Counted from the whole stretch's first letter, positions 36,390 through 51,034 are shown. The stretch: 63,904 nt of DNA, filler included, from Octopus bimaculoides (GCF_001194135.2; 4 parts of 4 records of this genome joined end to end with filler, not necessarily neighbours in it), one strand, 5' to 3'. Numbers and translations are program-made. The notes: generated from the sequence alone by a model not told the origin.

Positions 36390-37370
36390 CTAGATACATA
36401 AGATAAGATCTGGGTTATTGGTGTTAAAATCCAAAAACTGCTAATTCATTAAAGGAATTTCCACACCAACAGTGATCTAAACAAAAACAAAACGGCAGAG
36501 GTATTTGACTGTTGCATCATATCTCGTTGACAATACCTACTGACCACCAAATGTCGAAGTTCTGTCATGCATCAAATCTGCCTACAATAACATCGAAACG
36601 GTTGGAAAGGACCTCCTCAGAAAGTATATACTGACTGAAGACCGAAGATATACACCGAGATAGGTTACACAACTTTACTGCTAATGAGTAAAGAGGCAAC
36701 TTACATACAAAGAAAAGATCATAGTATAGTTATACTCGCAGAAAGTTTCGAAGTGACAAGTAGAGTGGTCTATCTTGGACTAACAACCGGGATATTAGCT
36801 CTCACTTTGAAAGCTATGCTTTTACAAAACAAGAGTAGGGAACAACCCTAGAATACCTGATACTAAAAAGGGATAGGGATGCAGGTAAGCTAACTAGATG
36901 TCACAACCAGCGCAGGCTTTATTAAATTAACATCTCAGACATAAGTTGTTATCCGAAAATCTCATCACGGTATTATCTACTTCTGAGACACAGTATTCTG
37001 GCTAGAAGGCTTTATGATAAAACCTGTAGAAAGGACAATCTCGAGGCGACAAATAAGAAGCTAAAGTGATGTGGAGGGCATGACTCATAATTTGAAACAA
37101 TACTAGTGAAATATATGTCAAGACTTCAATATAATTCAGTGATAACGGACTAGACAATGTCGGTCCCGGAATAAAAAATGCACAATAGTTGAAATTAGTC
37201 ACCTACTAGAAGTTAACATAATCAAAAATTATTAAAAAAAACCCGCAGTTGAGAGTTGACAAGAAATACGCAGGTAGTCTATCGGAGATACAACTTTAGA
37301 TTTCTCCCAATAAGAACTGGAGCCAAGGGCTCCAATAATGATTGGTTAAAATATATAAAACAATAATGAA
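36390..37370 (+). mobile_element. Degraded Dong/R4-like non-LTR 3' half
   Basis: LSWTNNRDISSHFESYAFTKQE...LILKRDRDAGK is homologous to the minus-strand copy at about 38900-39100. Confidence 0.7.
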
Positions 37371-38078
37371 GCTCAGCACGCAATAAAGTCCGCAAATACA
37401 ATCAAATCCATACGTATGCTCATATGTACGCGCGTATATATATATATATATATATATATNNNNNNNNNNNNNNNNNNNNNNNNNNNNNNNNNNNNNNNNN
37501 NNNNNNNNNNNNNNNNNNNNNNNNNNNNNNNNNNNNNNNNNNNNNNNNNNNNNNNNNNNNNNNNNNNNNNNNNNNNNNNNNNNNNNNNNNNNNNNNNNNN
37601 NNNNNNNNNNNNNNNNNNNNNNNNNNNNNNNNNNNNNNNNNNNNNNNNATGAGTGGTACAGATTAGCGAGTGGAAAAAGCTGGTAACTGCATAAACAAGG
37701 GTCTTAATACATATAAGCATATAGAAACAAATGAACAATTGAGCAAATGAGCAAATTAGCAAAATACTAAATTGGGTGTGCGGGTACTAGTTCCTTACGG
37801 TCGTTTCTGCAAAGAGGCAACGAAATCTTCCAGATTATCTCCATGTCTTCAGTGTTATGTCCCTAGGTTTCTTCAGAAGGTCTAAGTGGTTGGGGGTGGT
37901 TGGGGGAGGCTAACACATATAAAAGTCAGTTAAGAATAGCTAAGGTGTGTTTATCCTTCTAAACAGAGTAGAGTAAGAATAAGAGTAAGAACAAACACGA
38001 GAATACAATTGAAGTACAGCATAGTACAATGATGTGAGCATTGCAAGGGGAAATAAGGTACAGACTTCCCGTAATATA

Positions 38079-38113
<35 letters not shown>

Positions 38114-38189
38114 CATACATATATATACATACATACATACATATATACACTACATACACACGTCTTTATAAGTTTCTGTTAAGCCAAGC

Positions 38190-40240
38190 TTGCTTTTAGA
38201 ACCCTTTCCTAGATTTAAAATAATGTCTATATCTTTCAGGCATGTCATGGTGCTATTAGAATAGGAAATGGTTTCTCTTTGCTTTGATGTTCACAAATGT
38301 ATTTGAGTAAAGGTTGTATGTTTATATGTTTTCCTCTAGATGTTTCTCTTGATATATACATACGTGGTTATATGCTAAACTTACTGAATTTTTAAGATAT
38401 TTTGACAGTTCTGTAGTCTTCTAATTAGCTTTCTCAACTTTTGGTTTTGGAAATTCAAGTTTATTATGATTGGTGCTGAAGCAGTTTATTACGTATCCTA
38501 GTACCTCAATAGTTACGAGTATAAATGTGAACTTGTAATCGGCGTGGAGTAAATTTAAAGTTCAGTGTAGGTGTTTTCTTTTTCGCTGATTTTTAGCTTT
38601 GTGTTGACATCCGTAGGGCAACTAATTTCGGTTACTCGATATAGTTTCTCTTTGTTCCAAACAACCGTGTCTGGTTTATTATGTTTGCATTTTATCGAGA
38701 TTTGGATTGGGATATTACACAGGACTCTTTCATATTATGAGTGATAATATTTTCTAAACACTGTAGATTCTTATCTTTTGGAGTCATTATTATCCTTCTG
38801 AAGGATCTCATTATCTCTTCGGTAAATAATAGCGCGATGATATTTTCAGATAATTGCTTATGGTGTAAGTGATAACTTCGGTGTTAAATACAAAATGTCT
38901 GCTTCATTTATTACATTTTGTGCTTTCGCTACGCCCCTGTCCCTCTCGAGCACCAGGAACTTGGCTGCTATTTCGTGTTCCTGGATTACACATGTATACC
39001 CTTCAAAGTGAGAGCTAGTGATCTGGTTGTTGGTCCATGATAGACTGCTTTGATTATCAATATTACTGTCATCCTGGAGCTTTCTGCTAACATATCCATG
39101 CAAGGTCTTCTGCTGATAAACACTCATCCTTTCGTCCTATTTTGCGGTAGAGTAATGCAGATTCTTTGGGCATGAAGTTAACAGAGAAGTAAAATTTATC
39201 GAGGAGCTGCTTTCTAAGTCTCGTGATGTTATCTGTTTCGTGTATTTTGGCTTAGACGATGGATGCATTTTAACACTTGTTGATTAAAAGATGTTGCCGA
39301 AGGGATATGATGTGGCATTCAAAAGCTGCTTGGTGTTAAGCCCCTACCTCCTCGTTTTCGTTTTAGGCTAAGGCGAGTCAACGTCACAGTTAATGTGAAA
39401 ATTATTTATGTTGGCCAGTCTCTTTCGGGTTTTCGCATCAATGGCTCTTAAATCATCATACATCCAATCAACTAACCTAATTGTTGGCATTCCTTAGTGA
39501 TGTGTTCCTTGTATCCATTGTAGGATACATTTTTATCTCCGTCTAAGTACCGGTAACATTCCTCTTTAGATATAGAAGAAACAGTTAAGTGATTGATGGA
39601 GATGTTGCTCGACTGGTTTACAATTTCTCTCGTAGGAACATATAGGAACACTAATCCCGACCAAATTCCAACTCTACATCATTTTGAGAATGATACCAGG
39701 TTAAAGTGTTTTTTTCGTGTCATGCATGTCCTGCATAGAACTTCAGATCATCTACAAAGACGCAGTGTGTGATCTTGATGTTTCTGTCTCCCCGTGAACC
39801 AATGAGACACCTTTCAGATTTCCTTAACATGAATGACAAAGGGTTTACTGAAAGTATGAACAACATTACACAGAGAGACTATCTCCTTGGAATATATCTC
39901 TGCGATATTATATTATACCACTGATATGATCACTCTTTGTCTTCAATTTCAAGATGTGAGTACAAGATGAAGTCAGGCCAGTTATGGCTTTGACTTCATC
40001 TGGAACTTTAGCAAATCGAAAGGCTTCTAGCATCTACGAGTGGGACACAAAACCAAAAGCTTTCTTATAGTCTAACCACAATGAAATCAGGTTTCTCTTA
40101 CGATGCCGCACTTCTGACTCTGACGTTACACTTTTGTTGATCAGCAAAAGCTCAGCACATTCCCCTATCCCACATCTGTATTTCAAGATGTCTTGCCAAT
40201 AAAAGAGAAAGGGCTGGTTTATGACCAAGATCCAAAGCTC
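38190..40240 (-). mobile_element. Degraded Dong/R4-like non-LTR (RT to RLE)
   Basis: GECAELLLINKSV...RNLISLWLDYKKAFGFVSHS and LHGYVSRKL...SLSWTNNQITSSHFEGYTCVIQEHEI. Confidence 0.8.
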
Positions 40241-40594
40241 CTTCTTTGAAATTTCTATGTATTTATGCACAATCATATATATGTATACATATGTGTTTGT
40301 GTTTATGTGTGCGAACAGTAACCTTTGATTTTTGTGACTTTTGCTTGGACTCGAACCAATGACAGCCCTTACGCTGTTGCTCGACGTGCTAAAGATAACG
40401 TATAAGTCTCCCTCAAATCACGCCCTACTGTTTGAAAGAAAGAAAAAAAACACAAAACAGACACAGTGTATATAATATGACACACTATATTCCAAATAAA
40501 ATGAATAGAAAAGAAGAAAGCGATTGCATTTCCACGGCTGAAACGCTTTTTATTATAGGAATACTCAATTAATGTCGACTTCAGGCCTAAACAA

Positions 40595-40632
<38 letters not shown>

Positions 40633-40635
40633 GCA

Positions 40636-40715
<80 letters not shown>

Positions 40716-40716
40716 A

Positions 40717-40782
<66 letters not shown>
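40595..40782. repeat. Compound microsatellite (AAC)n(TAC)n(TGC)n(TAC)n
   Basis: Directly visible. Confidence 0.95.
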
Positions 40783-40783
<1 letters not shown>

Positions 40784-41445
40784 TCCTAGACAATTTCTTT
40801 CTCCCTAAGCGGTTATTTGTTGTTTCCGTTCCGACTTTGATAGTACAACATATTTGGAGATAACACCTCGCCATGTTGTAGGGAAATGCTATCGCTTCTT
40901 TTGAAGTTTTTCTCATTTGTCGTTATTCTAATGTTTATTTTTTTTTAGTTTTCTTTTAATTCATTTTCTTTTTACCTTTAGTGTTTAGTTTATCATTTTC
41001 CTTATGCTTTTCTTTACTTCTTCTTCATCCATCCATCCATCCGTACATACATAAATGCATACATAAATGTGTACACACGTACATATAAACATACATACGT
41101 ATGTACACACATATACATATAATTATACACACACTTATACATAAGTACACATACATAGGCATAAATTGCATACTTACTTCCATATATTCACATTCATACA
41201 CTCATGTACACACATGTATACATGCATTCACACATACATTTATGCATACACAAATACAGACATACATGCATGTATACATACATATTTACATACATGCATG
41301 CTTATATACATGCATACGCATATATATGCATACATCCATGTTTACATGTATGCAAGCATCCGCATATACATACATACACTTCTTTTTCCTCCATTCAAAA
41401 AATTCATATACACACATATAAACACATGAATAATATATGTATATT

Positions 41446-41648
41446 AAGGCGGCGAGCAGGCAGAACCATTAGCAAGTCGGGCAAAATGCTTAGCAGAATT
41501 TCATCCGTCCTTACAGTCTGAATTCAAATTCTGCTGCGGTAGACCCTGAAAGAGGTCGATAAAATAAGTACCAGTTCAACATTGGGGTCCATGTAATCGA
41601 CTTACCACCTCCCCAAAATTGCTGGCCTTGTGCCAAAATTTGAAACCT
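41446..41648 (+). mobile_element. SINE family A
   Basis: aggcggcgagcaggcagaaccattagc...ctgaattcaaattctgc...gtcgataaaataagtaccag...ggccttgtgccaaaatttgaaac. Confidence 0.8.
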
Positions 41649-41829
41649 CTATATATGTATGTTATATAGTAAATATGGACAATTGGTATATTAACGAAGA
41701 AATCCAACAACAATTCAACGGAAAAGAACATAAGTTACGTAATTTTGAGGTAAAACATGTAACTTTTATACACAATTGGAAATTCATAAATTTAAAGAAA
41801 TGCATGACATCTTAAAAGGAATTTCGTAC

Positions 41830-42720
41830 ACCGAATGCAAAGATTCCCAAACTGTTTGATTTAAAATTACGTCCAATTGTTGCGGGACGAACAACACGAT
41901 CTCAACCAATAAGCAGTTTACCAGACATAATTTTGAAATCATAATACAAATTCGTTTCTAGTTTCATCAGAGATGATATGCACTTCCAAAATCACGTTCC
42001 AGAAAGCGTGAATATAGAGAACATATTTCCGACATAACAGTCCGGTAAATAAAAAATGAATTAGAATTCTAAATATAAATATACTCACACAGAATGTAGG
42101 AGATATTCACAAAGAATCTCTCGTGAGTTCGTAATAGAAGGATAGGTTCTTAAAAACAACAGTTACTTTGATACCAAATAATACCGTCAAATAAAGGTTC
42201 GGCAATAGGCACGAATATTGCACCTGCATTTGCCCGATCTTGGATTACTTTTGATCAGCTTTTTCATTTAAAGAAAACTAGGAAAGATGCACAGATGACT
42301 GCTTCATATTTTGAATCAGACGTAAAGAAGACAAACGGGATTCTTTAAATTAAAAAATAGCGTCCATAAATTAGTCCAGTAACTCTGTAGCAATGAAGGG
42401 AAATAAATCTGCAGTTTTGGATATTTTAAATGAAATTGTTACAGCTGATCTCTATTGTAAGGAAATCGACACACACCAATACTTAGATTTTAAGTTCTTG
42501 CTACCCATCCCGTGTTAAACAGAATATCTCCATTTTATATCGGGAGACGAAAATATTACGGGCACAGGTAGAACTAAAATTACTCCTTCAGAAATAAAAA
42601 TACCTGAAAAAAGAAACGAGGCAAAAAGGATCTTAATCTCCGTCTCATGGAGAAACCATCACAATAAAGGCGGAGACAAAAATAAAAATACGCCATTCCC
42701 ACTTACCCACAATTCTTCGC
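41830..42720 (+). mobile_element. Degraded Penelope-like reverse transcriptase fragment
   Basis: LKLRPIVAG...ISSL.DIILK...FIRDDMHF...VLKNNS.FDTK.YRQIKG..IGTNIAPAFA...DLYCKEIDTHQYLDF. Confidence 0.7.
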
Positions 42721-42896
42721 GCATACGTACACACACACATATATTATATACATGGATGAAAGGTTATATACGTATGTACACATGTATATATGTATAAATA
42801 TATACGCATATGTATTTATATATACACAAATATATATATACATACGTGTATATAAATATTATGTACACAGACATATATAAATGAATATATGTATGG

Positions 42897-42957
<61 letters not shown>

Positions 42958-43057
42958 NNNNNNNNNNNNNNNNNNNNNNNNNNNNNNNNNNNNNNNNNNN
43001 NTTAATTAATTAANNNNNNNNNNNNNNNNNNNNNNNNNNNNNNNNNNNNNNNNNNNN

Positions 43058-43127
<70 letters not shown>

Positions 43128-43885
43128 GGAGAAAATATACCAATCGCTAGCTCACAGAAGGTACCAATTGCAGATAATCTCAAAACTCAAATAGTCTCCA
43201 AAATTGACATGTCATAAAGTAAAAGATAGTCTGATTGTCTGAAGACAAGAGGACAACCATGGGTTTGATTTCTGCTTGAATAGACGTCATCAGCACAGTG
43301 ATTGTTGTTTATTAATCTTCAGCAGACGACACTTTTAATACATACAACAAGGAGTAAAATAAATTTACATAAATCAAAAGAAAATAAGAGAAATAACTAA
43401 GAGACCCCAGCATTTGAACACAACAATACTGAAAGAGGGTATATTAAATAACGTTGAAGATAATTTCTTGATTTGTTGAAATAAACCATAAATGTATTCT
43501 AATCTTTTTGTATATGAAGAGAGCGGGGAAACAGAGAAGATGCAGTATATAGTTAATTAAAATAGTTGGAGTCGATTCAACATGCCACCAAATTATGATA
43601 ATTGCAACAACGGAAACAACAAATTCACTGAAGTAACAAATAAGTTGTATTGGTTGATTTCAGAAAGTTATCAGTTCTGCTCCAGTAAAGTAAGTCTGAA
43701 AGCCTGTTTGACTTTATTATGGAGATCGCTTCCCCCGTGAAAGCTGTTACGAATGGCAGGAGTTGTCTCGCATCTGGTTAATAAAATACTCTGTTTTGTG
43801 TGGATTGTTATTCTTCTCAGTAATAGCTTGTGTATCTGTGCGTGTATGAACACATTCAATCGCACATTTATACATATGAACGCGC

Positions 43886-43946
<61 letters not shown>

Positions 43947-45367
43947 NNNNNNNNNNNNNNNNNNNNNNNNNNNNNNNNNNNNNNNNNNNNNNNNNNNNNN
44001 NNNNNNNNNNNNNNNNNNNNNNNNNNNNNNNNNNNNNNNNNNNNNNNNNNNNNNNNNNNNNNNNNNNNNNNNNNNNNNNNNNNNNNNNNNNNNNNNNNNN
44101 NNNNNNNNNNNNNNNNNNNNNNNNNNNNNNNNNNNNNNNNNNNNNNNNNNNNNNNNNNNNNNNNNNNNNNNNNNNNNNNNNNNNNNNNNNNNNNNNNNNN
44201 NNNNNNNNNNNNNNNNNNNNNNNNNNNNNNNNNNNNNNNNNNNNNNNNNNNNNNNNNNNNNNNNNNNNNNNNNNNNNNNNNNNNNNNNNNNNNNNNNNNN
44301 NNNNNNNNNNNNNNNNNNNNNNNNNNNNNNNNNNNNNNNNNNNNNNNNNNNNNNNNNNNNNNNNNNNNNNNNNNNNNNNNNNNNNNNNNNNNNNNNNNNN
44401 NNNNNNNNNNNNNNNNNNNNNNNNNNNNNNNNNNNNNNNNNNNNNTTCTTCTCATTACGAATCAATATATGCAGGGAGAATAAACACCTTCATCACACGT
44501 AACTCGAAAATTCACGTTATGGCCCAACTAATATAAAGTTTATAAAGAAACAAAGAAAAATGATTTTCTTGGAATTCTATTTAATATATAATAAATGTTG
44601 TGTCTACAGTAGACTATGTTTTCGGTTTCGTTTTATAATTTATCAGCCAAATGTCTTACGAATTATATAAATGCTATGTGTGTAGATGGTATGTCGCCGA
44701 TTTCCTTATTAATAATTTATAACAAATATTTTAGGAATGATGGATTATAGCTTAGATTTTGTTTCATATAGCGTTGCGTAGAGAAACAGTTATCAGAATA
44801 ATACGAGATACTCACACACATATAAAATATATATATATAAATGTTACGACTTTTTTTGATTATCAAAATTTACGAAGGTAGTGTCTTCTGCAAATCATCA
44901 TTTACACTAAGGCGTATGCGTTAAGTTTATCATTTCTTGTTTTTTTTTTTTTTAATATAAAAATTACTTCAATAAAAAAAATGGATTCTTCTTTATAACC
45001 TACTAACTGCTAAGACAACCAAGACCGCTATTTTAATTCACTACTACCTTTCCCAATATCATCGCAACAACAAATTACTACAGTTCTTATTGTGTGTGAG
45101 TGTGTGTGTGTGTGTGTGTTCAGTGTAAAGATGAGCTCTATAAAACGCGACGCGTAACCAAAAGTTTGGTAATGTAGAAAGTTCTACACTCCACTCATCA
45201 ATGCATCGGAGTTTGACGCTACGAACGCTGAGGAGTAGGCGTTTACATTACGACTTCTAGCTCAATGCGTTACGTACTAATAAGGTTCGTTCCCCTGAAA
45301 GACGTGTATGTTTTATAAAATCTAAAATGCTAATTTCATTTATAAATATGCGTGTGTGTGTGTGTGC

Positions 45368-45435
<68 letters not shown>

Positions 45436-47274
45436 GTTTCTGTTTGGTAGACTTCCTTTATTCACTGTTTACTTACGGAGCCATATACGTATAGTGACCC
45501 TGTGAATGAATATAAATGTACATGGAATTTATATTATGTTTATGTAGGTACTTGTATATACGTGTGTATATATATGTGTGTATGTGTGTACGTGTGTGTC
45601 TATGTGTGTAGATAGATTTATATGCATACATTAATATATATCTGTGTGTCTATATGTACGTACGTACAGACGTATGTGTGAATACATAGAATAACAAACA
45701 TGCATTCACAGCAGTATAGAATGAAAATTTACGTTCGCAACATATCTCCCGATGAAAACCTATTCTATTTTAAGATAAACGTAAATAAAATAACGTGTTT
45801 TTCCTTATTTCTTTAGACTAATTCAAACGAATAATCTATAGTATGTTCAGAACTTGCTTTTCAAGCTCCTCCTCTTCCGATAAATATTTCGTTTGTTCAT
45901 TTTTGTTTTTTGTTTTCTTTTTTTTTTTTGTTTTGTTCTTTGTTTTTAAACAACCCGGGTGGATTTAGAAAGCAAAAAATGTTAATTCTAAAATAGTTTT
46001 ATTTATTCATTTATTTATTTTTGTATATGTATTTTTGACTCTTGTTTTATTCTTTCTTCGTGTGTTTCACCTGTCAGAGTTAACACGTACGCTACACGGA
46101 AATTTTATGGCATAGATGATATGAGGGTGTTAGATAAAATATATAAATTTAGAAATATCCTCCGACGCTACTCTATCTCTTTCTCTTTCCTTTCTTCCAC
46201 CCCCCCTCGTTCTTCCTCTGTACTACTACGTATCTCGCCTTACCCCTCTTGTTCTTCCTCTGTNNNNNNNNNNNNNNNNNNNNNNNNNNNNNNNNNNNNN
46301 NNNNNNNNNNNNNNNNNNNNNNNNNNNNNNNNNNNNNNNNNNNNNNNNNNNNNNNNNNNNNNNCTATCTTGAAGAAAACGGGAAAAAGTGTGAATGAAAT
46401 TAAAGAAGCATATGTGAGCACAATCACTCATCATTCAAATAAGCAGGTTATGTACACGCGTGCGGCATATACACACACATATTTTGTGTATAATCATACA
46501 GACAGATAGACAGACATAGCTGTATGCAAATCGGTGTACAACATAAATAGCTGTTCGTGCGAATTAGCTTTTATGTGTTTACACTTATATACATTTATAA
46601 TTGTTATATATTTGTTACCTTACGCTCTGAGTTAAAATCCAACTGTGTCGACTTTCATCCTTTCGGGGTCGATAGAATAAAGTATCAGTTATGTACTGAG
46701 GTATATGGTATCGACTAGCCCCCTCCTATTAAAACTGCTGGCTTTGTACTTGAATTTGAAACAGTTGTTGTTGCTGTTGTTGTCGTTGTCTACGCTTTTG
46801 TTGTTATTGTTCTTGTTTCATTGATTGATTGATTGATAGACTGGTTCCTTAAGCATACTTGTCTTAAGATTGTTCCGAGAATTTTGGAACTTTTACCAAA
46901 TGCAACTGAAAGGAAATTATCCTAGAATGCTTTAAACATTTTATTCCATATCGGGGAAGACATAAGGTTTAACATTTTTTGACATAATTTCATTTTTCTC
47001 TTTCTGCTTATATTTACGTTCAATTGAAAATGAATTTCTGTGAGAGAAAATTAATTTCAAATAAATAAATAAATAAATAGAAAAGTTTTTAAAATGGGGT
47101 AAAGGAGAATGATTCAGGGAAAATTTTAAAAGAAGATTAAAAGAAAAGGAACAAATTTAATTTCATAGTCAGATTCACAAATTATTCACGCAAAAATTAT
47201 AATATAACAGCTAAAAACAACAATTCGAATAATTGGGCCATGCTGTTAACAGATCGGTGTACTTAAGTAATAAT

Positions 47275-47478
47275 CCTTTCTACTATAAGCACAAGGCCTG
47301 AAATTTATAGGGAGGGGACTAGTCGATTACATTTACAGCAAAGTTTCACTGGTACTTAATTTATCGACCCCGAAAGGATAAAAGTCAAAGTTGACCTCGG
47401 CGAAATTTGAACTCAGAACGTAGAGAAGGGCGAAATACCGCTAAGCCCAGCGTGCTAACGATTCTGCCAACTCGACCC
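47275..47478 (-). mobile_element. SINE family A
   Basis: Reverse complement of the family consensus (cctttctactataagcacaaggcctgaaattt...gttgacctcggcgaaatttgaactcagaacgt). Confidence 0.8.
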
Positions 47479-47858
47479 CTGGTGCACTTAGTAATAATGT
47501 TTACAAATGTGAAACAGCACTAGCTGTAATGATTTTTGTCTCTAAGGAACATCAAAAAACTTGTGTGTTAAAACACACGTGGCTTCATGTAGAACGCTGG
47601 TCGATCTCCAAACACGTTGTTTTGTTCTACTCGGTATTCAGTAACAAATACCCGTATATTATTTTAAACAAACATGTTTTTTTTCCAAACGAAGGAAACA
47701 AACTAGTTTTAAAGAACAACTTAGAAGAAATTGTCGGCAAATACGTTAACTAGTGTTGCTAGCTGCAGATGTAGATTATACATGAGAGAAACAGTAAACG
47801 GAAATCCATGTGACAAGCAGAAGCACGTCTAATCAAGAAAGGCACTACTATTTCTGAG

Positions 47859-48010
47859 ATCTTTATCCAAGTACGTTCAAAGATGAATATCATGCATACT
47901 CTAAAAGCGCTATGATTTTCGTTATGAGAACAAGACCACTGGACGAAGCGTTGACACAACTGTATTTCTGGTTAGCGAAACTGAGGAAGAGTGAAAAGCA
48001 GGACAATCTG
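47859..48010 (+). CDS. Candidate coding exon of an unidentified host gene
   Basis: 50 open codons (LYPSTFKDEYHAYSKSAMIFVMRTRPLDEALTQLYFWLAKLRKSEKQDNL) ending at a strong donor CTG|GTATGT; the acceptor is uncertain. Confidence 0.25.
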
Positions 48011-48762
48011 GTATGTTATACACCCGCCTGTATATTAATACCACAATATTGGGTGCGAATTCTTGAGAATGACGATGAAGGATGTTGTTGTTGGCATTAG
48101 CCCTTGCCTTGACGTCACCGTTATGGCGCAATACGGGTCTGTGATAGCACTGAAGTGATCAGAGAAGACAAGTGCGTTGCATGAACATACAAGCCCTCAT
48201 GATCCGCTCCCGAATAAACACAGGGTTATTCTGGAGTTACATCCTAATGGGATGATCAAATGCCGAAGTTAAAATATAAAGGTTTTGTGCTGTTTGAAGA
48301 TTCTGGATAAAAACCAAAAGACATCAAAAGACATTCAGATAATAGACTGTCCCGTGTAAATTGTATTAATAATCTATCATCTTTTGAAAAAAAATACCTA
48401 CTCAGAGGACATGTGATGCTTTCTGCAATAAGGAACCCAGAAAAATTACTTCCACGCTTTTTACAGTGCAGCGGGTTCCAATTCGAGGAAACGTGCTGGG
48501 AATGCTCAAACCTAACCAAGATGATGACTTCTCTCCGGTGTGTTGCTGTGTGGATCAATTTGTTTCTTGTACTTCTTTAGTTATATTTTCTTTAATCATA
48601 ATGTTATTAAATACAATGCATGTACTGAGGTCGTTATAATCAAAATAGCGCATCAAAGTCTCGCAGCTTCTAGTTAATATAACTTCCGATAATTTGTTTT
48701 CAAATCCCAAAGTGCGGTTAAACAGGTATAGCCATAACGTTCGAAATCACTACTGAATGTGG

Positions 48763-48800
<38 letters not shown>

Positions 48801-48805
48801 TGAAA

Positions 48806-49358
48806 TATAGGTACAAGGGCTGAAATTTGTGGGGAAGGCGTTAGTCGATTACATCGACACCCGAACTTCACAGGTACTTATTTTATCGGCCCCCGAAAGG
48901 ACGAAAGGTAAAGCAGACGTCGGCGGAATTTGAACCCGCAGTGTAAAGACCGACGAAATACCACTGAACATTTTTTACAGTGTGCTAATGATTCTGCCAG
49001 CTCGCCATGCCCAGCAGCATTACCGGAGGGACATGTCAATTATATTGACACCAGTGCTCGACTACAACTTATTTATTTGACCCCGAAAGGATGACAGGCA
49101 AAGTCAACCTCGCTGAATTTGAACTCAGAACGTTAACCCCTGGAAGAAACGCCGCTAAGCATTTTGTCTGGCATGCTATAATAATAATTCTTTCTTAGGC
49201 ACAAGGCCTGAAATTTTGAGGAAGGTGGATAGTCGATTACATCGCCCCCAGTCCTCTACAAGTACTTATCTCATCGACTTCGCAAAGATGAAAGACAAAG
49301 CCCACCACAACGGAACATGAACTCAGAACGTTAATAGCTGGAGGAAATGCCGCTAGGC
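48806..49358 (-). mobile_element. Three tandem SINE family A copies (about 48806-49006, 49020-49176, 49188-49358)
   Basis: The family core repeats three times in the same orientation, next to (TAG)n and (TAA)n runs. Confidence 0.75.
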
Positions 49359-50998
49359 CACAACAAAAATAATAAACAAAAAGAAAAGAACCACAAGAAC
49401 CGATAGTACCACAATTACAACCCCATTTTTGTTTGCCACAACCGACAACTCATCTACAACCCGGCATGCAAGAAATATAAACATATAAGTAAATATAAGC
49501 TTGTTAATTCTTTTTTACTGATGACTATCACTGTCAAATTGATTCTCATATATTACGGCTAAGTGGTCGCCCAACACCACTAAAGACATCAACACTATTA
49601 TTAAAGAGAGGAAGCCGGTAACTTGGTAAACTGACTACATAATTGAAATTGTCAATGGTATCGTATACATATGTATGTATGTATATTATATNNNNNNNNN
49701 NNNNNNNNNNNNNNNNNNNNNNNNNNNNNNNNNNNNNNNNNNNNNNNNNNNNNNNNNNNNNNNNNNNNNNNNNNNNNNNNNNNNNNNNNNNNNNNNNNNN
49801 NNNNNNNNNNNNNNNNNNNNNNNNNNNNNNNNNNNNNNNNNNNNNNNNNNNNNNNNNNNNNNNNNNNNNNNNNNNNNNNNNNNNNNNNNNNNNNNNNNNN
49901 NNNNNNNNNNNNNNNNNNNNNNNNNNNNNNNNNNNNNNNNNNNNNNNNNNNNNNNNNNNNNTATATATATATATAGAATGTATGTATTATACGGACGTGT
50001 ATATTGCCTTTAATATTATTTTATTAGTTCCACTCTCATAAAAGAAAAGACAGTTTTTCAACGAGATTAAGACGGAGGGAAAAAAAGAACAAAGAAGAAA
50101 AAATTTCCTAAAAATATTTTTGCTTTCATTTTTGTTATTGTTGTTTGTGGTTATGGAGATGATGTTGGCGGAGTGTGACTGGATATGCGAGTGCATGTAT
50201 GTGTATGTGTATACGGTTTATATGTGTGCGACCATCGCTTTACCCGTCACCACGACACCAGAGAGAGAGCCAGCTTATATAGCTTAAAGACGTTCATGAG
50301 ATAAATTGAATCAGCTTGTTAACGGGAAGGATTGAGTGAGATATGGGTGTGAAAAATAACACTTTTAATCACAATGACTTATCTGTATGAAACCTCTCCA
50401 TCCATCGTTTCCTCTTCCCCTATCTTTGTGTGTGTGTTATGTATGTATTCATATATACATGTATGTAGGCATATATACCTGTATGTATGCACACATATAT
50501 GTATATATATATATACACACACTCTATATATATGTGTGTGTATGCATGTGTGTGTGGATGTGTGTGCGTGTGTAAATTGAAAGAAGGAAAATGCTCACAG
50601 ATTACATAGTCTCAATATATATTTTTGATATATTTTATAAGTGAAAGAGTATTGTGTTTGTCGACCGGTTTCGTTTTCGTTAATCATGACATTGAAATTA
50701 TTGTAATTTTGTATTTTGTGAAGATTTTAGTCCATCTTATGTATGGGGTTTGTTAATGAAATGAATCAGCAGCTACCTAATGCATTATAGTTCGTATGTG
50801 TATGTTTCTATGTACATGTTTATATGTGTGTGCGTGCGTGTGTGTGTGTGTGTATTATACAAAAATGTGACGAAACCTATCTAAGTTATCCTACTTTCTA
50901 TAACAAACTCCTCTTTATATTTATACGTGAGTGTGTGTGTATGTTGTGTCTGTGTCTGTGTCTGTGTATGTGTCTGTGTCTCTGTGTGTATGTCTGTC

Positions 50999-51034
<36 letters not shown>

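Noticed and set aside
41940-41985. Minus-strand CTGATGA-aacta-GAAACGAATTTGTA
   Set aside because: No stem II, mismatched stem I base, and it lies antisense within an RT relic. Chance match.
43230-43330. CTGAAGA and CTGATGA motifs on both strands near a GAAA
   Set aside because: Consistent stems I to III could not be built in either orientation.
48256-48580. Overlapping roughly 95-100-codon open frames on both strands
   Set aside because: No recognisable domain and ambiguous splice signals; cannot be supported as CDS.
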